A stretch of 64,000 nt of DNA from Planctomycetota bacterium (lineage in GTDB: Bacteria; Planctomycetota; UBA1135), in contig JBDQJC010000005.1 of the NCBI GenBank assembly GCA_040264055.1, forward strand, positions 1,440-65,439, given 5' to 3'. Under the pieces are notes generated by a model. That model did not search any database and had not been told where the DNA came from. It saw nothing but the letters and a program-made list of their open reading frames with translations. Numbering within the stretch: position 1 is the stretch's first letter; each line of letters starts with the position of its first letter. Below are positions 55,633 through 64,000 of the stretch, piece after piece. A program made the position numbers and the translations under genes.

Positions 55633-56769
55633 ATGAATCGACTTGCCAAAGAGGCCTGGGAGGCCACAAACCTCCATCCCGCGGCCTGCCGCTCGGCTGA
55701 GTCGCGCGGGCGCACCGTCGATGAGCTTCCGGACGATTGGCGCACCCGCTTCGAGCGCGACCGCGACCGGATTATCCATTGCTCGGCGTTTCGTCGCCTG
55801 ATGTACAAGACGCAGGTCTTCGTCAATCACGTCGGCGACAATCAGCGCACTCGCATGACGCACTCGCTCGAGGTCTTGCAAGTTTCGCGCTCGCTCGCCA
55901 GCGCTTTGCAACTGAACGAATCGCTCTGCGAAGCGATCGCCTTGAGTCATGATTTGGGGCATCCGCCGTATGGACACTCGGGAGAAGAAACGCTCGATAA
56001 GTGCATGGCCAAGTTTGGTGGCTTTGACCACAACCGGCAGTCCTTGCGCGTCGTCGATGTCTTGGAACGCCGCAGCCCGGAATACCGTGGCCTGAATCTG
56101 ACCTTGGAAGTGAAAGAGTGTTTGAAGAAGCACCAAGAGGTCATCGACCCGGACAGCGGCAAGCGATTGCGCTTCCCGTTGCTCGAGGCTCAACTTGTCG
56201 ACTTGGCGGATAGCACCGCCTATCACTATCACGATGTCGACGACGGCCTGCGTGAAGGCATTCTGGATCCGGATCAAATGGAAAAGGATCTCGAGATCTG
56301 GGCCCAGGCAACCGCGGCGACGCGCCAACGCCACCCCGACATCGAGCCCGATCGTTTGTTCTGGAAACGCGTCGTGAACGAAATGCTTGGCATGACGATC
56401 GCCGATGTGCGCACCGAATCGAGCCGTCGCCTCGCACAGGCGCAGCCCCAGTCCCGGCACGAGGCTCAATCTGCCGAGACGCGCTTGATTGGCCACAGCC
56501 TCGAGTTTCGGACCATGGTCGCAGACCTGCACAAATACCTGTATGAGCACATGTACTTCCGCGAGGAAGTGAACTGGCATGTGCGCCGGTCCACCGACCT
56601 CTTGGAACATCTGTGCAATCATTTGTTCGAGCACAATGAACTTGTCCCGAACGACTTTTTCGAAACCGCCGACACGCGTGAACGTGCTGTTTGCGATTTC
56701 GTGGCCGGCATGACCGACCGCTACGTCGAAAAGATCGCGCGCGAACGCGGCATTCTGCCGAGTTACTAA
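55633..56769 (+). CDS. dgt: dGTP triphosphohydrolase-like HD-domain protein
   Basis: FERDRDRIIHCSAFRRLMYKTQVF, RTRMTHSLEV, LSHDLGHPPYGHSGE, DSTAYHYHDVDD. Confidence 0.9.
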   Translation: MNRLAKEAWEATNLHPAACRSAESRGRTVDELPDDWRTRFERDRDRIIHCSAFRRLMYKTQVFVNHVGDNQRTRMTHSLEVLQVSRSLASALQLNESLCEAIALSHDLGHPPYGHSGEETLDKCMAKFGGFDHNRQSLRVVDVLERRSPEYRGLNLTLEVKECLKKHQEVIDPDSGKRLRFPLLEAQLVDLADSTAYHYHDVDDGLREGILDPDQMEKDLEIWAQATAATRQRHPDIEPDRLFWKRVVNEMLGMTIADVRTESSRRLAQAQPQSRHEAQSAETRLIGHSLEFRTMVADLHKYLYEHMYFREEVNWHVRRSTDLLEHLCNHLFEHNELVPNDFFETADTRERAVCDFVAGMTDRYVEKIARERGILPSY

Positions 56770-57488
56770 GCCAGCTTCGATTGCATCCAGGCGCGCAAAG
56801 CCGCGCGGCCGCGTTCAATCGCAGGAACCAGCCCGACTCGCTCGGGAAGGCTGCATGCGATCGCCGTGGACAGGCGACAGCCGGTGCCGTGCAGCGCTTC
56901 TCCGCCAGGCAAGCGTGTCGCAATGAACTCACGCTGCTCACCATCCTCGTACAGGGTGTCGACAACTTCTTTACCTTGGCCTTGGTCGCCCCCGGTCACG
57001 AGCACCGCGCGCGCGCTCTGATAGGCAAGTCCATCGCCGTACTCCTCGGCGTTCGGCGTGACCAAATATGCCAGAGGGAAGAGCTCTGTGCACATCACCT
57101 GCCAGCCCTCTGCATCGAGGAGCGCTGGTGCCTCCGCATGCTTGCGCGAAGCTTGATGCACCGGGTCGACAATGAGTGAAACCTCTGGCCACTCGCGCAT
57201 CACGCGCGCGACCGTCGCGACAATCGCCGCATTGCCAAGCGCGCCGGTCTTCACGCTGACTTCGCCTTGGAATACGGACTCGACTAAGGCGCGCTGCAAG
57301 CTCTCTTCGACTTCTTCGGCAGCCCTCGCGCGCACCGCACGCAAGCCGTGTTCATCCTGTTCCGTATCCACGGCAACCACACCGAGGAAGTGCACGCCTA
57401 AGCCTCGCGCCATTTCGGCGTCTGCTTGCAGCCCCGCGCGCACACCGTCGCCGGGGTCATCGCCCGCGACGCTAATCAGAGTGTGCAT
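56766..57488 (-). CDS. thiD: Hydroxymethylpyrimidine/phosphomethylpyrimidine kinase-like (ribokinase superfamily)
   Basis: LISVAGDDPGDGVRAGLQAD, VKTGALGN, LIVDPV, LVTPNAEE, VLVTGG, HGTGCRLSTAIA. It is shorter (240 aa) than typical ThiD. Confidence 0.75.
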   Translation of the reverse strand: MHTLISVAGDDPGDGVRAGLQADAEMARGLGVHFLGVVAVDTEQDEHGLRAVRARAAEEVEESLQRALVESVFQGEVSVKTGALGNAAIVATVARVMREWPEVSLIVDPVHQASRKHAEAPALLDAEGWQVMCTELFPLAYLVTPNAEEYGDGLAYQSARAVLVTGGDQGQGKEVVDTLYEDGEQREFIATRLPGGEALHGTGCRLSTAIACSLPERVGLVPAIERGRAALRAWMQSKLA

Positions 57489-57494
57489 GATCGA

Positions 57495-58271
57495 TTAGTG
57501 AGGGCCAATCACACCCAAGATGTGATAGCCACAATCGACATACATCACATCACCGGTGATGCCCGAAGCCAGATCGCTTAACAAGAAGGCCGCTGAGCCA
57601 CCGACATCTTCCCCGGTGACGTTGCGTCGCAACGGGGTGGCTTCTTGCTGCTGGTCCAACTTCTCTTTCAAGCCGCGCACGGCCGAGGACGACAGCGTCT
57701 TAATCGGTCCAGCGCTAATCGCATTGACGCGAATCCCCGAGGGGCCCAGGTCGACGGCCAAGTAGCGCACCGATGCCTCGAGCGCCGCTTTGGCGACCCC
57801 CATGACGTTGTAACTCGGGACCGCACGCACCGCGCCGATGTAGCTCAGGGTCAGAATTGAGCCACCCTGCTTCATCATGGGCTCGGCAAAACGCGAAATC
57901 GCCGCAAGCGAGTAGGCCGAAATATCCTGCGCCGTGTGGTAACCCAATCGCGAGGTCTCGACGAAACGGCCCTGCAGGTCCTCCTTCTGAGCGAAGGCGA
58001 TCGCGTGCACCACAAAATCAATTTCGGGCATGCGCTCGGAAATCACCCGAAAGGTCGACTGAATCGACTCGTCGCTGGTGACGTCGCAGATCAATGGTTC
58101 GCCCACGCCGAGTTCCGCCGCCAAAGGCGCGACCCTCTCACGGAATCGCTCGTTGGCGACACAGAGAACGAACTCAGCGCCTTGTGCGCGAGCTGCCTTG
58201 GCGATGTACCAAGCCAAGCTCATCTTGTTTGCGACACCAAAAATGATGCCTTTCTTGCCTTCGAGGATCAT
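57495..58271 (-). CDS. fabI: Enoyl-[acyl-carrier-protein] reductase (NADH) FabI
   Basis: Start at MILEGKKGIIFGVANKMSLAW (ATG 58271). VHAIAFA, SYIGA...YNVMGVAKAALE (Y-x6-K), RVNAISAGPIKT. Confidence 0.95.
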   Translation of the reverse strand: MILEGKKGIIFGVANKMSLAWYIAKAARAQGAEFVLCVANERFRERVAPLAAELGVGEPLICDVTSDESIQSTFRVISERMPEIDFVVHAIAFAQKEDLQGRFVETSRLGYHTAQDISAYSLAAISRFAEPMMKQGGSILTLSYIGAVRAVPSYNVMGVAKAALEASVRYLAVDLGPSGIRVNAISAGPIKTLSSSAVRGLKEKLDQQQEATPLRRNVTGEDVGGSAAFLLSDLASGITGDVMYVDCGYHILGVIGPH

Positions 58272-58373
58272 GACGAACGGTGGGGGGAACCCGGGAAGCG
58301 GTCTATTGTGCGCTCCTCCGGCCGGTCCGGCAAAGAGCTTCACAGAAGCGCTCGGATCGGCGCGATTCCGGCC

Positions 58374-58379
58374 TAGAAT
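58374..58379 (+). promoter_or_regulatory. -10-like hexamer TAGAAT, 7 nt upstream of rnc ATG (leaderless configuration)
   Basis: ggccTAGAATccgggccATG. Confidence 0.45.
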
Positions 58380-58386
58380 CCGGGCC

Positions 58387-59079
58387 ATGACCTCGGCGGC
58401 AACTCCGCTGGAGTCGCGCCTGGGCTACGTTTTCCGCAATCCTGCATTGCTACGCGAAGCCCTGACTCACGCCTCCACGCAAGAGGCGCACAACGAGCGC
58501 CTCGAATTCCTAGGCGACGCGGTCCTTAACCTCGTCGTGTCGGAGAACCTATTTGCGCGCTTTCCCGGAGAACGCGAAGGCGTGTTGACTGAGCGCAAAG
58601 CCCGGCTGGTCGCGCGCGCGACGGTCGAAGATGTCGCTGCCCGCCTGGGCGTCGAAGACGATCTGCGTACCGGCGGCAGCCTCGAGAATCGAAGCTCCTT
58701 TCCACGCTCACTGCGCGGCAATGCACTCGAAGCCATTCTGGGCGCGATTTGGGTGGACTGCGAGCCGGATCAGTCCTTTGCACAATGCCAGAGGTGTGTA
58801 TCGATCTGGTTTGCTCCCGAACTGGCCGGCGTCGAGGCCAAGCCACCCACCAGCCCGAAGCACGCCCTACAGAACTACGCGCAGTCCCAAGAACTGGGGC
58901 TCCCCCGCTATCACGTGACCGACGAGTTTGATCACCCGCTGACCCGTTCCTTTCGCGTCGAGGTTTCGCTCGGTGGTCAGCGTTACCCCGGCTGCTGGGG
59001 CTCGACCAAACGCGAGGCCGAGCGGCGCGCGGCCACCGAAACACTGCGCCAACTCGATCCAACGGCGCTGAACGGATGA
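58387..59079 (+). CDS. rnc: Ribonuclease III
   Basis: ATG 58387, in frame inside ORF 58078-59079. LREALTHAS, signature NERLEFLGDAVLNLVVSE, C-terminal dsRBD (PKHALQNYAQ...GSTKREAERRAA). ATGA overlap with mfd. Confidence 0.95.
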   Translation: MTSAATPLESRLGYVFRNPALLREALTHASTQEAHNERLEFLGDAVLNLVVSENLFARFPGEREGVLTERKARLVARATVEDVAARLGVEDDLRTGGSLENRSSFPRSLRGNALEAILGAIWVDCEPDQSFAQCQRCVSIWFAPELAGVEAKPPTSPKHALQNYAQSQELGLPRYHVTDEFDHPLTRSFRVEVSLGGQRYPGCWGSTKREAERRAATETLRQLDPTALNG

Positions 59080-62000
59080 GCCCGCGACCCCGCAAGCTCC
59101 CGGCCGACGCAAGCCCGGTCCAACGTCTGCAGGCGACCCCTTCCTACAAGGATCTCGCTAAGGCATGGAAGGCCGCAGGCAAGACGCACTTGCATTGGGG
59201 TGGGCTTTGGGGCTCCGCCAAGGCCTGCCTGAGCGCAGCTTTTGCCGCCGACGCCAAGGTGCCGCAGCTGATCTTGGTCGCCGACGGTCCATCGGCCGAG
59301 CTCGCTCTCGATGACTTGGCTGCTTTCGGCTGTGGCGCGGCCATGTTGCCCGCGCGGGAATCCCGGCTTGGCGCCGAACCAGAAGTCTTGCGCGAACGCT
59401 TTCACGCCTTGGATCTGGCAACCCGCAAAGGCTTCACGGGCACTTTGATCGCCCCTTTGCATGCGCTGATCCAACCGGTGCCCGCCGCTGCCGACGCCCA
59501 AGCCGAGGTCTACTTGGAACAAGGCATGCAGCTCGACCCGGACGCGCTGATGGCCCAGTTAGTCGCCAACGGATTCGAACGCGTGCCCGCGATCCAAGAA
59601 AGCGGCGAGTTCGCACGACGCGGCGACATTTTGGATCTGTTCGCGCCTGCGATGGGCGAACCCTTGCGGCTTGAGTTCTTTGACGATGAGCTCGAGAGCA
59701 TCCGGGTCTTTGATTTGGGCAGTCAACGCACGCGCCACATCTTGCGCACCGTGCGTGTGCCCCTCGCGCACGACCTTGCCCCGGTTGGCGGAGCCGATGA
59801 CACGCTGCCCCTGGAACGATTCCCCGCCAAGATGCGCGTCGTGCTTTGGGAACCGAGCAGCATTGACGAAGCGCGTGAACGCCTGCGCTTCCTTGGTCCG
59901 GAAGCTGTCAACGCGCTGAATCGCGTCGATGGGCATTTGCGCGCGCGGCCGCAACTGCAACTCGCCGCCTTGCCGGGTCGCGATGGTTCTTTGACCACCC
60001 TTTCCGTCGAGGAGTACTGCCAAGGGGTCGTCGCCGGCGCGGGCTTGTTGGCCGAACGCGCCAATGATGGCGAAAACGCGGTGGTCATGTGCGCGACCGA
60101 CGCCGAAGCGGATCGACTGCGTCAGATCTTGGGCGATGCCGGCCATGCCGCCGACGCTTTGCAGTTGCAAAAGGGCGGCCTGGATCGCGGCTTTCGCATC
60201 CCGGAAGCACGCTTGACGGTCTTGCATCACCGCGAGTTTGTTCCGGGCCATGGTTCGCACCGCCCGCGTGCACGCCACACCCGCGATCACGCGAGCGAGG
60301 CCGTCGAGAATATCGTGAGCCTGCGGCCCGGCGACTTGGTGGTACACGCGGTGCATGGCCTCGCCGAGTTTCGCGGCATTGAGTCCGCGCAGAAAGAAGG
60401 CGGCCAAGACCTGCTCCTGCTCGAGTTCGAAGGCGAAGCCAGTTTGCGGGTTCCGGTCTCGCGTGTCGATCTCGTCGAGCGATACATCGGCGCTGGCGGA
60501 GATGCTCCCAAGCTCGACAAGATGGGCTCCGGCTCCTTCGAGCGACGCCGCTTGAAGGTCGCAGAAGCAGTCGAGGACCTTGCCGCCGAGATGCTCGAAG
60601 TGCAGGCCAAACGCGCCGCGATGCCCGGGCGTGCCATGCCTGAGCCTGCCGAAGCGCAACGCGCGTTTGAAGCCGCCTTCCCTTGGGAGGACACGCCCGA
60701 CCAGGCGCAAGGAACGCGCGAAATCCACGCCGATCTGTCGATTCCGCGGGCCATGGACCGTTTGCTCTGCGGCGACGTCGGCTATGGAAAGACCGAGCTC
60801 GCGGCACGCTCCGCCTTCCGCGCGATCGAAGCGGGCACGCAAGTTGCGATCTTGGTCCCGACCACCGTGCTTTGCGAACAACACGCGCGTTCGCTGCGCC
60901 AACGCTTCGCCGACTGGCCCATCCGCGTCGAACAACTGTCGCGCTTGACGCGCCCAGCCGACAAACGCGCGATCATCGAAGGGCTGGCCGACGGCAGCGT
61001 CGACCTAGTCGTCGGCACCCATCGCTTGCTCTCTCGCGATGTGCAGTTTGGCGAGCTTGGCCTGGTCATTATCGACGAAGAACAGCGCTTCGGTGTGCGT
61101 CACAAGGAAGAGTTGAAGAAGAAGCGTGCGCTGGTTGATGTGCTTTCTCTTTCGGCCACCCCGGTACCGCGCACCCTGCACATGGCCATGGCTGGCTTGC
61201 GCGACATCACGACCCTGTCGACCGCACCGGCGGGGCGCCAAGAGGTCCACACCGAGCTGCGCTACGCCGATGAACGCGACTTCGTGGCCGAGTTGTTGCA
61301 ACGCGAACTCGCGCGCGGAGGCCAGGCCTTCTTCGTACACAATCGCATCAAGACCTTGGAGTCGGTCAAAGCCAAACTGCAGACCATGGTGCCGCAAGCC
61401 AAGATTGCGATCGGACACGGTCAAATGGAACCGCGCGAGCTGGAAAAGGCCATGCTCGGTTTTGTGCGTGGCGACATCGACATCTTGGTTTCGACGACGA
61501 TCATCGAATCGGGCCTCGACATTCCCAATGCCAACACCATCTTCATCGATGATGCTCATCGCTATGGCTTGGCCGACTTACACCAGCTTCGCGGGCGCGT
61601 GGGGCGAGCCGATCGGCGCGGCTATTGCACGCTGTTGATTCCGCGCGGTCAGCCCTTGCCAAACGATGCGCGGCGGCGACTAAAAGCAGTTGAGGAACTG
61701 CGCTACCTCGGCGCAGGATTCCAGATCGCGATGCGCGACCTCGAGATTCGCGGCGCGGGAAACCTGTTGGGTGCCGAACAGTCCGGACACATTCATGCGG
61801 TCGGGTACGAGACTTACCGGCGCTTACTGCACCATGCCGTGACACGCTTGAAGCGAGAGGGCGAAGTCCGCGCCGCACAGGAAGACGGAGTCGAAGCGGT
61901 TGCCGATATTTCCCTCGGTGTGCCGGCCGCGCTTTCCGCTGAATATGTTCCCGATGAAGAAGCCCGACTCGCCGTGCTGCGCGAGTTCGACCGCGTTCGC

Positions 62001-62360
62001 ACTCCCAAGCAACTCGAGAAGGCTCTCACCGGAGTCCAAGATCGCTTTGGGCCTCCCGATGAGGGCGTGCGCCGACTCGCCCAGCTCTTCTATCTGAAGT
62101 ATCGACTCGGAGCGATGGGCCTCGCCGGCGTGCAGCGTGTCGAGGGTCACCTGTTACTGAAGCTGCGCGACGCGAGTTTGCTTGAGAAATCGCTGAAGTC
62201 CTTGAAGGTCGATTTGCGGGTCATCACCCCTCGGAGGGCCCATTGGGTGCTTCCCAACCCCGAAGCCACTCCGACCGAGACCCTTGATTATCTGTATGAG
62301 TCGGCTGTCGCTTGCCGTCTGCCGAACAAACAGGGACAATCTGCGGCTCGCGTTCGCTAG
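59076..62360 (+). CDS. mfd: Transcription-repair coupling factor Mfd
   Basis: 1094 aa. UvrB-homology N-terminus, RNAP-interacting (CarD/TRCF) domain (LRPGDLVVHAVHGLAEFRG), SF2 helicase motifs (LCGDVGYGKTE, IIDEEQRFG, LSATPVPRT, QLRGRVGR), TRG motif and C-terminal D7. Confidence 0.97.
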   Translation: MSPRPRKLPADASPVQRLQATPSYKDLAKAWKAAGKTHLHWGGLWGSAKACLSAAFAADAKVPQLILVADGPSAELALDDLAAFGCGAAMLPARESRLGAEPEVLRERFHALDLATRKGFTGTLIAPLHALIQPVPAAADAQAEVYLEQGMQLDPDALMAQLVANGFERVPAIQESGEFARRGDILDLFAPAMGEPLRLEFFDDELESIRVFDLGSQRTRHILRTVRVPLAHDLAPVGGADDTLPLERFPAKMRVVLWEPSSIDEARERLRFLGPEAVNALNRVDGHLRARPQLQLAALPGRDGSLTTLSVEEYCQGVVAGAGLLAERANDGENAVVMCATDAEADRLRQILGDAGHAADALQLQKGGLDRGFRIPEARLTVLHHREFVPGHGSHRPRARHTRDHASEAVENIVSLRPGDLVVHAVHGLAEFRGIESAQKEGGQDLLLLEFEGEASLRVPVSRVDLVERYIGAGGDAPKLDKMGSGSFERRRLKVAEAVEDLAAEMLEVQAKRAAMPGRAMPEPAEAQRAFEAAFPWEDTPDQAQGTREIHADLSIPRAMDRLLCGDVGYGKTELAARSAFRAIEAGTQVAILVPTTVLCEQHARSLRQRFADWPIRVEQLSRLTRPADKRAIIEGLADGSVDLVVGTHRLLSRDVQFGELGLVIIDEEQRFGVRHKEELKKKRALVDVLSLSATPVPRTLHMAMAGLRDITTLSTAPAGRQEVHTELRYADERDFVAELLQRELARGGQAFFVHNRIKTLESVKAKLQTMVPQAKIAIGHGQMEPRELEKAMLGFVRGDIDILVSTTIIESGLDIPNANTIFIDDAHRYGLADLHQLRGRVGRADRRGYCTLLIPRGQPLPNDARRRLKAVEELRYLGAGFQIAMRDLEIRGAGNLLGAEQSGHIHAVGYETYRRLLHHAVTRLKREGEVRAAQEDGVEAVADISLGVPAALSAEYVPDEEARLAVLREFDRVRTPKQLEKALTGVQDRFGPPDEGVRRLAQLFYLKYRLGAMGLAGVQRVEGHLLLKLRDASLLEKSLKSLKVDLRVITPRRAHWVLPNPEATPTETLDYLYESAVACRLPNKQGQSAARVR

Positions 62361-62391
62361 GGCACTCCACCCCGGCACGCGCATCCAACCG

Positions 62392-63453
62392 ATGCTTTTC
62401 GCGCCGACTCTGCTTGCCCTCGCTGCGGCCCTGCCGCTGGCCTCCGCCCCCGCCGCCCAAGAACCCGAATCTGCTTCGGGGCAGTTTCTTGCGATCGATC
62501 AACTGATCGCGATTGTGAACGATCAGACGCTGACCCGTCGCGAGATCGACATTGAGGTTGTGCGGTTCGCCAACGATCGAGGCATCGAGCCATCCACGCC
62601 CGGCCTCGCCCGAGTCATCGCACGCAACATGATCACCGACATGCTGTTCGCCGAGGGCTTCCGTCAGGCTGGTCTCGACGAGGGAATCGTCGACCAGATC
62701 GTGACTGACGAGATCGAGCGCAAGATTCGCAATTTTGGCTCCCTGGCTGCCTATGAGCGACATTTGGCCGGGGAAGGCCGCAATATTGCCGTAGAACGCC
62801 GCACGATTCGCCAGACGATTGTCGCGACTTACTTCCAGCAAGCCGAGCTGGGGCTGGCGCCCGAGCTGGGCGGATCGAGCTTCCGCAGCTTCATCACGGT
62901 GACCCCGGCCGAGGTCAAGGCCTTCTACGAGAAAGAGAACGGTCAATTCCTGTTCCCGCGCCTGGTCAATGTTCGCATTTTGATGATCCGCGCTGGCGAT
63001 AACGAAGCCGCAGCGCGCAAGATCATCGAAGATGCCCGCGCTGCCTCGGCCACCGATGCTTTGGCTTTCGCCCGTGCCTGCGAAACCCACTCGATCTTTG
63101 CCAAAAGTCGCCAAAACCTGACTGGCCTGGTGGATCCGACCACCGAAGGGCAGGTTTCCTCGTTTCGCGAGTTCCTGGCCACCGCCAAGCGTGGCGAAAT
63201 CTCGCCAATCGTCACGAAATCCGGCTACTTGGTTGCCGTCCAGGTGCAGCAAGTGCAGGAAGAGAAACAACTTACGATCGGCGAAGCGCATAGCAGGATC
63301 GAGGCGCAGCTGCTCGAAGAGAAGCGCTTGATCGCGCTCGACAAAGCACTCAACCGGCAACGCGCCCGTTGCTATGTCTGGACGATCCCCGATCTCTCTG
63401 ATGTCCTCGACGACGTGTACAACCTGCGTCCCGAGGCTCCGGAAGAGTTGTAG
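62392..63453 (+). CDS. SurA-like periplasmic chaperone / parvulin-type peptidyl-prolyl isomerase
   Basis: Start at MLFAPTLLALAAALPLASAPAAQE (signal peptide; in frame inside ORF 62284-63453). SurA_N-like IDQLIAIVNDQTLTRREID. One PPIC-type segment (VNVRILMIRAGDNEAAARKIIEDAR...GEISPIVTKSGYLVAVQV). Confidence 0.75.
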   Translation: MLFAPTLLALAAALPLASAPAAQEPESASGQFLAIDQLIAIVNDQTLTRREIDIEVVRFANDRGIEPSTPGLARVIARNMITDMLFAEGFRQAGLDEGIVDQIVTDEIERKIRNFGSLAAYERHLAGEGRNIAVERRTIRQTIVATYFQQAELGLAPELGGSSFRSFITVTPAEVKAFYEKENGQFLFPRLVNVRILMIRAGDNEAAARKIIEDARAASATDALAFARACETHSIFAKSRQNLTGLVDPTTEGQVSSFREFLATAKRGEISPIVTKSGYLVAVQVQQVQEEKQLTIGEAHSRIEAQLLEEKRLIALDKALNRQRARCYVWTIPDLSDVLDDVYNLRPEAPEEL

Positions 63454-63456
63454 AAT
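63451..63456 (+). promoter_or_regulatory. -10-like hexamer TAGAAT overlapping the stop codon of the SurA-like gene
   Basis: gttgTAGAATctttgcc, about 42 nt upstream of ATG 63499. Confidence 0.3.
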
Positions 63457-63498
63457 CTTTGCCCCCCGATTGAACCGCCCCGGGCTCCGGTGCGTTCA

Positions 63499-64000
63499 AT
63501 GGCTGAAGCCATGTCCGAACACGAACCATTCGAAATCGACTCCCATCGTCGCTGGGACGAAGAGACCTCTTTCAACGAGGTTCTCGCTGAGCAGCTTCAA
63601 AAGGCCCCCTATCTGATTGCGTCGATGGTGCTGCACGGCATCATCTTCTTGATCGTGACGGGCATTATGTTGCTCACCAGCGAAGAATCGACGACCCCTG
63701 TTCTCGTCATGGAGCCGGTCCAACCGCCGCCAGAAATCGAGGAAGAAGAGGAGCCGCCGCCAGAAGAGGTGGTGGAGGAAGTCGTCGAAGAGCCTGTCAT
63801 TCAGGAATCTGAGCTCGAGGAAACCGTCGAGCAGGAATCCCTCGAAGAGACTGGCGACCCTGACTTCGCTTCGGACGCAGCCTTCGATGCCGATGCTTGG
63901 AACAACGCAGTTGGTCTAGGTGGCGGCGCTGGTGGTAAGTACGGCGGTCGTGGCGGTCGCGGTGGCGGCAAGGGCGGTTCGCCCACCGAAGCTGCTGTTC
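63499..64000 (+). CDS. Membrane-anchored protein, N-terminal part (TM helix, acidic Pro/Glu linker, Gly/Arg-rich segment); runs off the window
   Basis: Hand translation gives MAEAMSEHEPFEIDSHRRWDEETSFNEVLAEQLQKAPYLIASMVLHGIIFLIVTGIMLL...PVQPPPEIEEEEEPPPEEVVEEVVEEP...GLGGGAGGKYGGRGGRGGGKGGSPTEAAV. No stop before position 64000, with an in-frame stop upstream at 63451-63453. It is absent from the ORF track because it is open-ended. Confidence 0.6.
   Translation, partial: MAEAMSEHEPFEIDSHRRWDEETSFNEVLAEQLQKAPYLIASMVLHGIIFLIVTGIMLLTSEESTTPVLVMEPVQPPPEIEEEEEPPPEEVVEEVVEEPVIQESELEETVEQESLEETGDPDFASDAAFDADAWNNAVGLGGGAGGKYGGRGGRGGGKGGSPTEAAV

Noticed and set aside
59559-60935. 458-aa minus-strand ORF antisense to mfd. 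Similar cases are 62224-63360(-), 55558-56634(-), 48900-50129(+), 52428-53594(+), 15594-16631(+), 16796-17719(+), 30071-31066(+), 41408-42454(+), 27320-28240(-) and 43589-44413(-).
   Set aside because: All lie opposite genes with strong family signatures and have antisense-type composition. Long stop-free antisense frames are expected at this GC content.
1-64000. Search for CRISPR arrays, tRNA or rRNA genes, transposases, integrases, phage genes, toxin-antitoxin pairs and known defence-system proteins
   Set aside because: None was recognised. Non-coding gaps are few and short, and no regularly spaced direct repeats were seen by eye. This was a visual scan only, so tRNAscan, Infernal, or PADLOC/DefenseFinder would be needed to be definitive.

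Overview
High-GC (about two-thirds G+C by eye), very gene-dense chromosomal segment from a diderm bacterium. The phylum cannot be fixed by eye. A sulfatase, an orphan ExbD, a secretin-like lipoprotein and giant TPR proteins would fit a PVC-type or similar marine or soil lineage, but that is a guess. I call 56 protein-coding genes, two of them cut by the window edges. I found no rRNA, tRNA, CRISPR array, transposase or integrase. Most of the content is housekeeping. One long minus-strand block runs ftsK-rimO-pgsA, coaC/coaB, gmk, yicC, pyrE, secG, tpiA and a DAHP synthase. Other core genes are dgt, thiD, fabI, rnc-mfd, a SurA-like PPIase, hppA-rsfS, and hutU and hutH (23 kb apart). Envelope, transport and signalling genes include an OMF-MFP-RND efflux operon, two CDF transporters, an NhaP-type antiporter, an EamA transporter, a porin-like OMP, two GT4 glycosyltransferases, a sulfatase, a sialate O-acetylesterase-like esterase, a hybrid histidine kinase and a sigma-54 AAA+ activator. 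The observations I find most interesting are these. (1) A leaderless two-gene module encodes a 1668-aa helical-repeat protein with an embedded C39-like papain-fold peptidase core, followed by a SAM methyltransferase. (2) hutH carries Ala-Cys-Gly instead of the canonical Ala-Ser-Gly MIO triad. (3) A single-copy 161-bp element with perfect 23-bp inverted termini sits upstream of hutH. (4) A window-wide pattern places TAGAAT-like -10 boxes 5-9 nt from start codons, implying leaderless mRNAs, some with GTG/TTG starts. (5) Six of nine convergent gene pairs share a 4-nt overlapping stop (CTAG/CTAA/TTAA). (6) coaC and coaB are separated by one in-frame TAG. (7) The sigma-54 activator has no receiver domain and no DNA-binding domain. 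(8) An orphan ExbD is coupled to a secretin-like lipoprotein. Nothing here is a recognisable known defence or mobile system. All function calls rest on motif recognition by eye and need HMM or BLAST confirmation.
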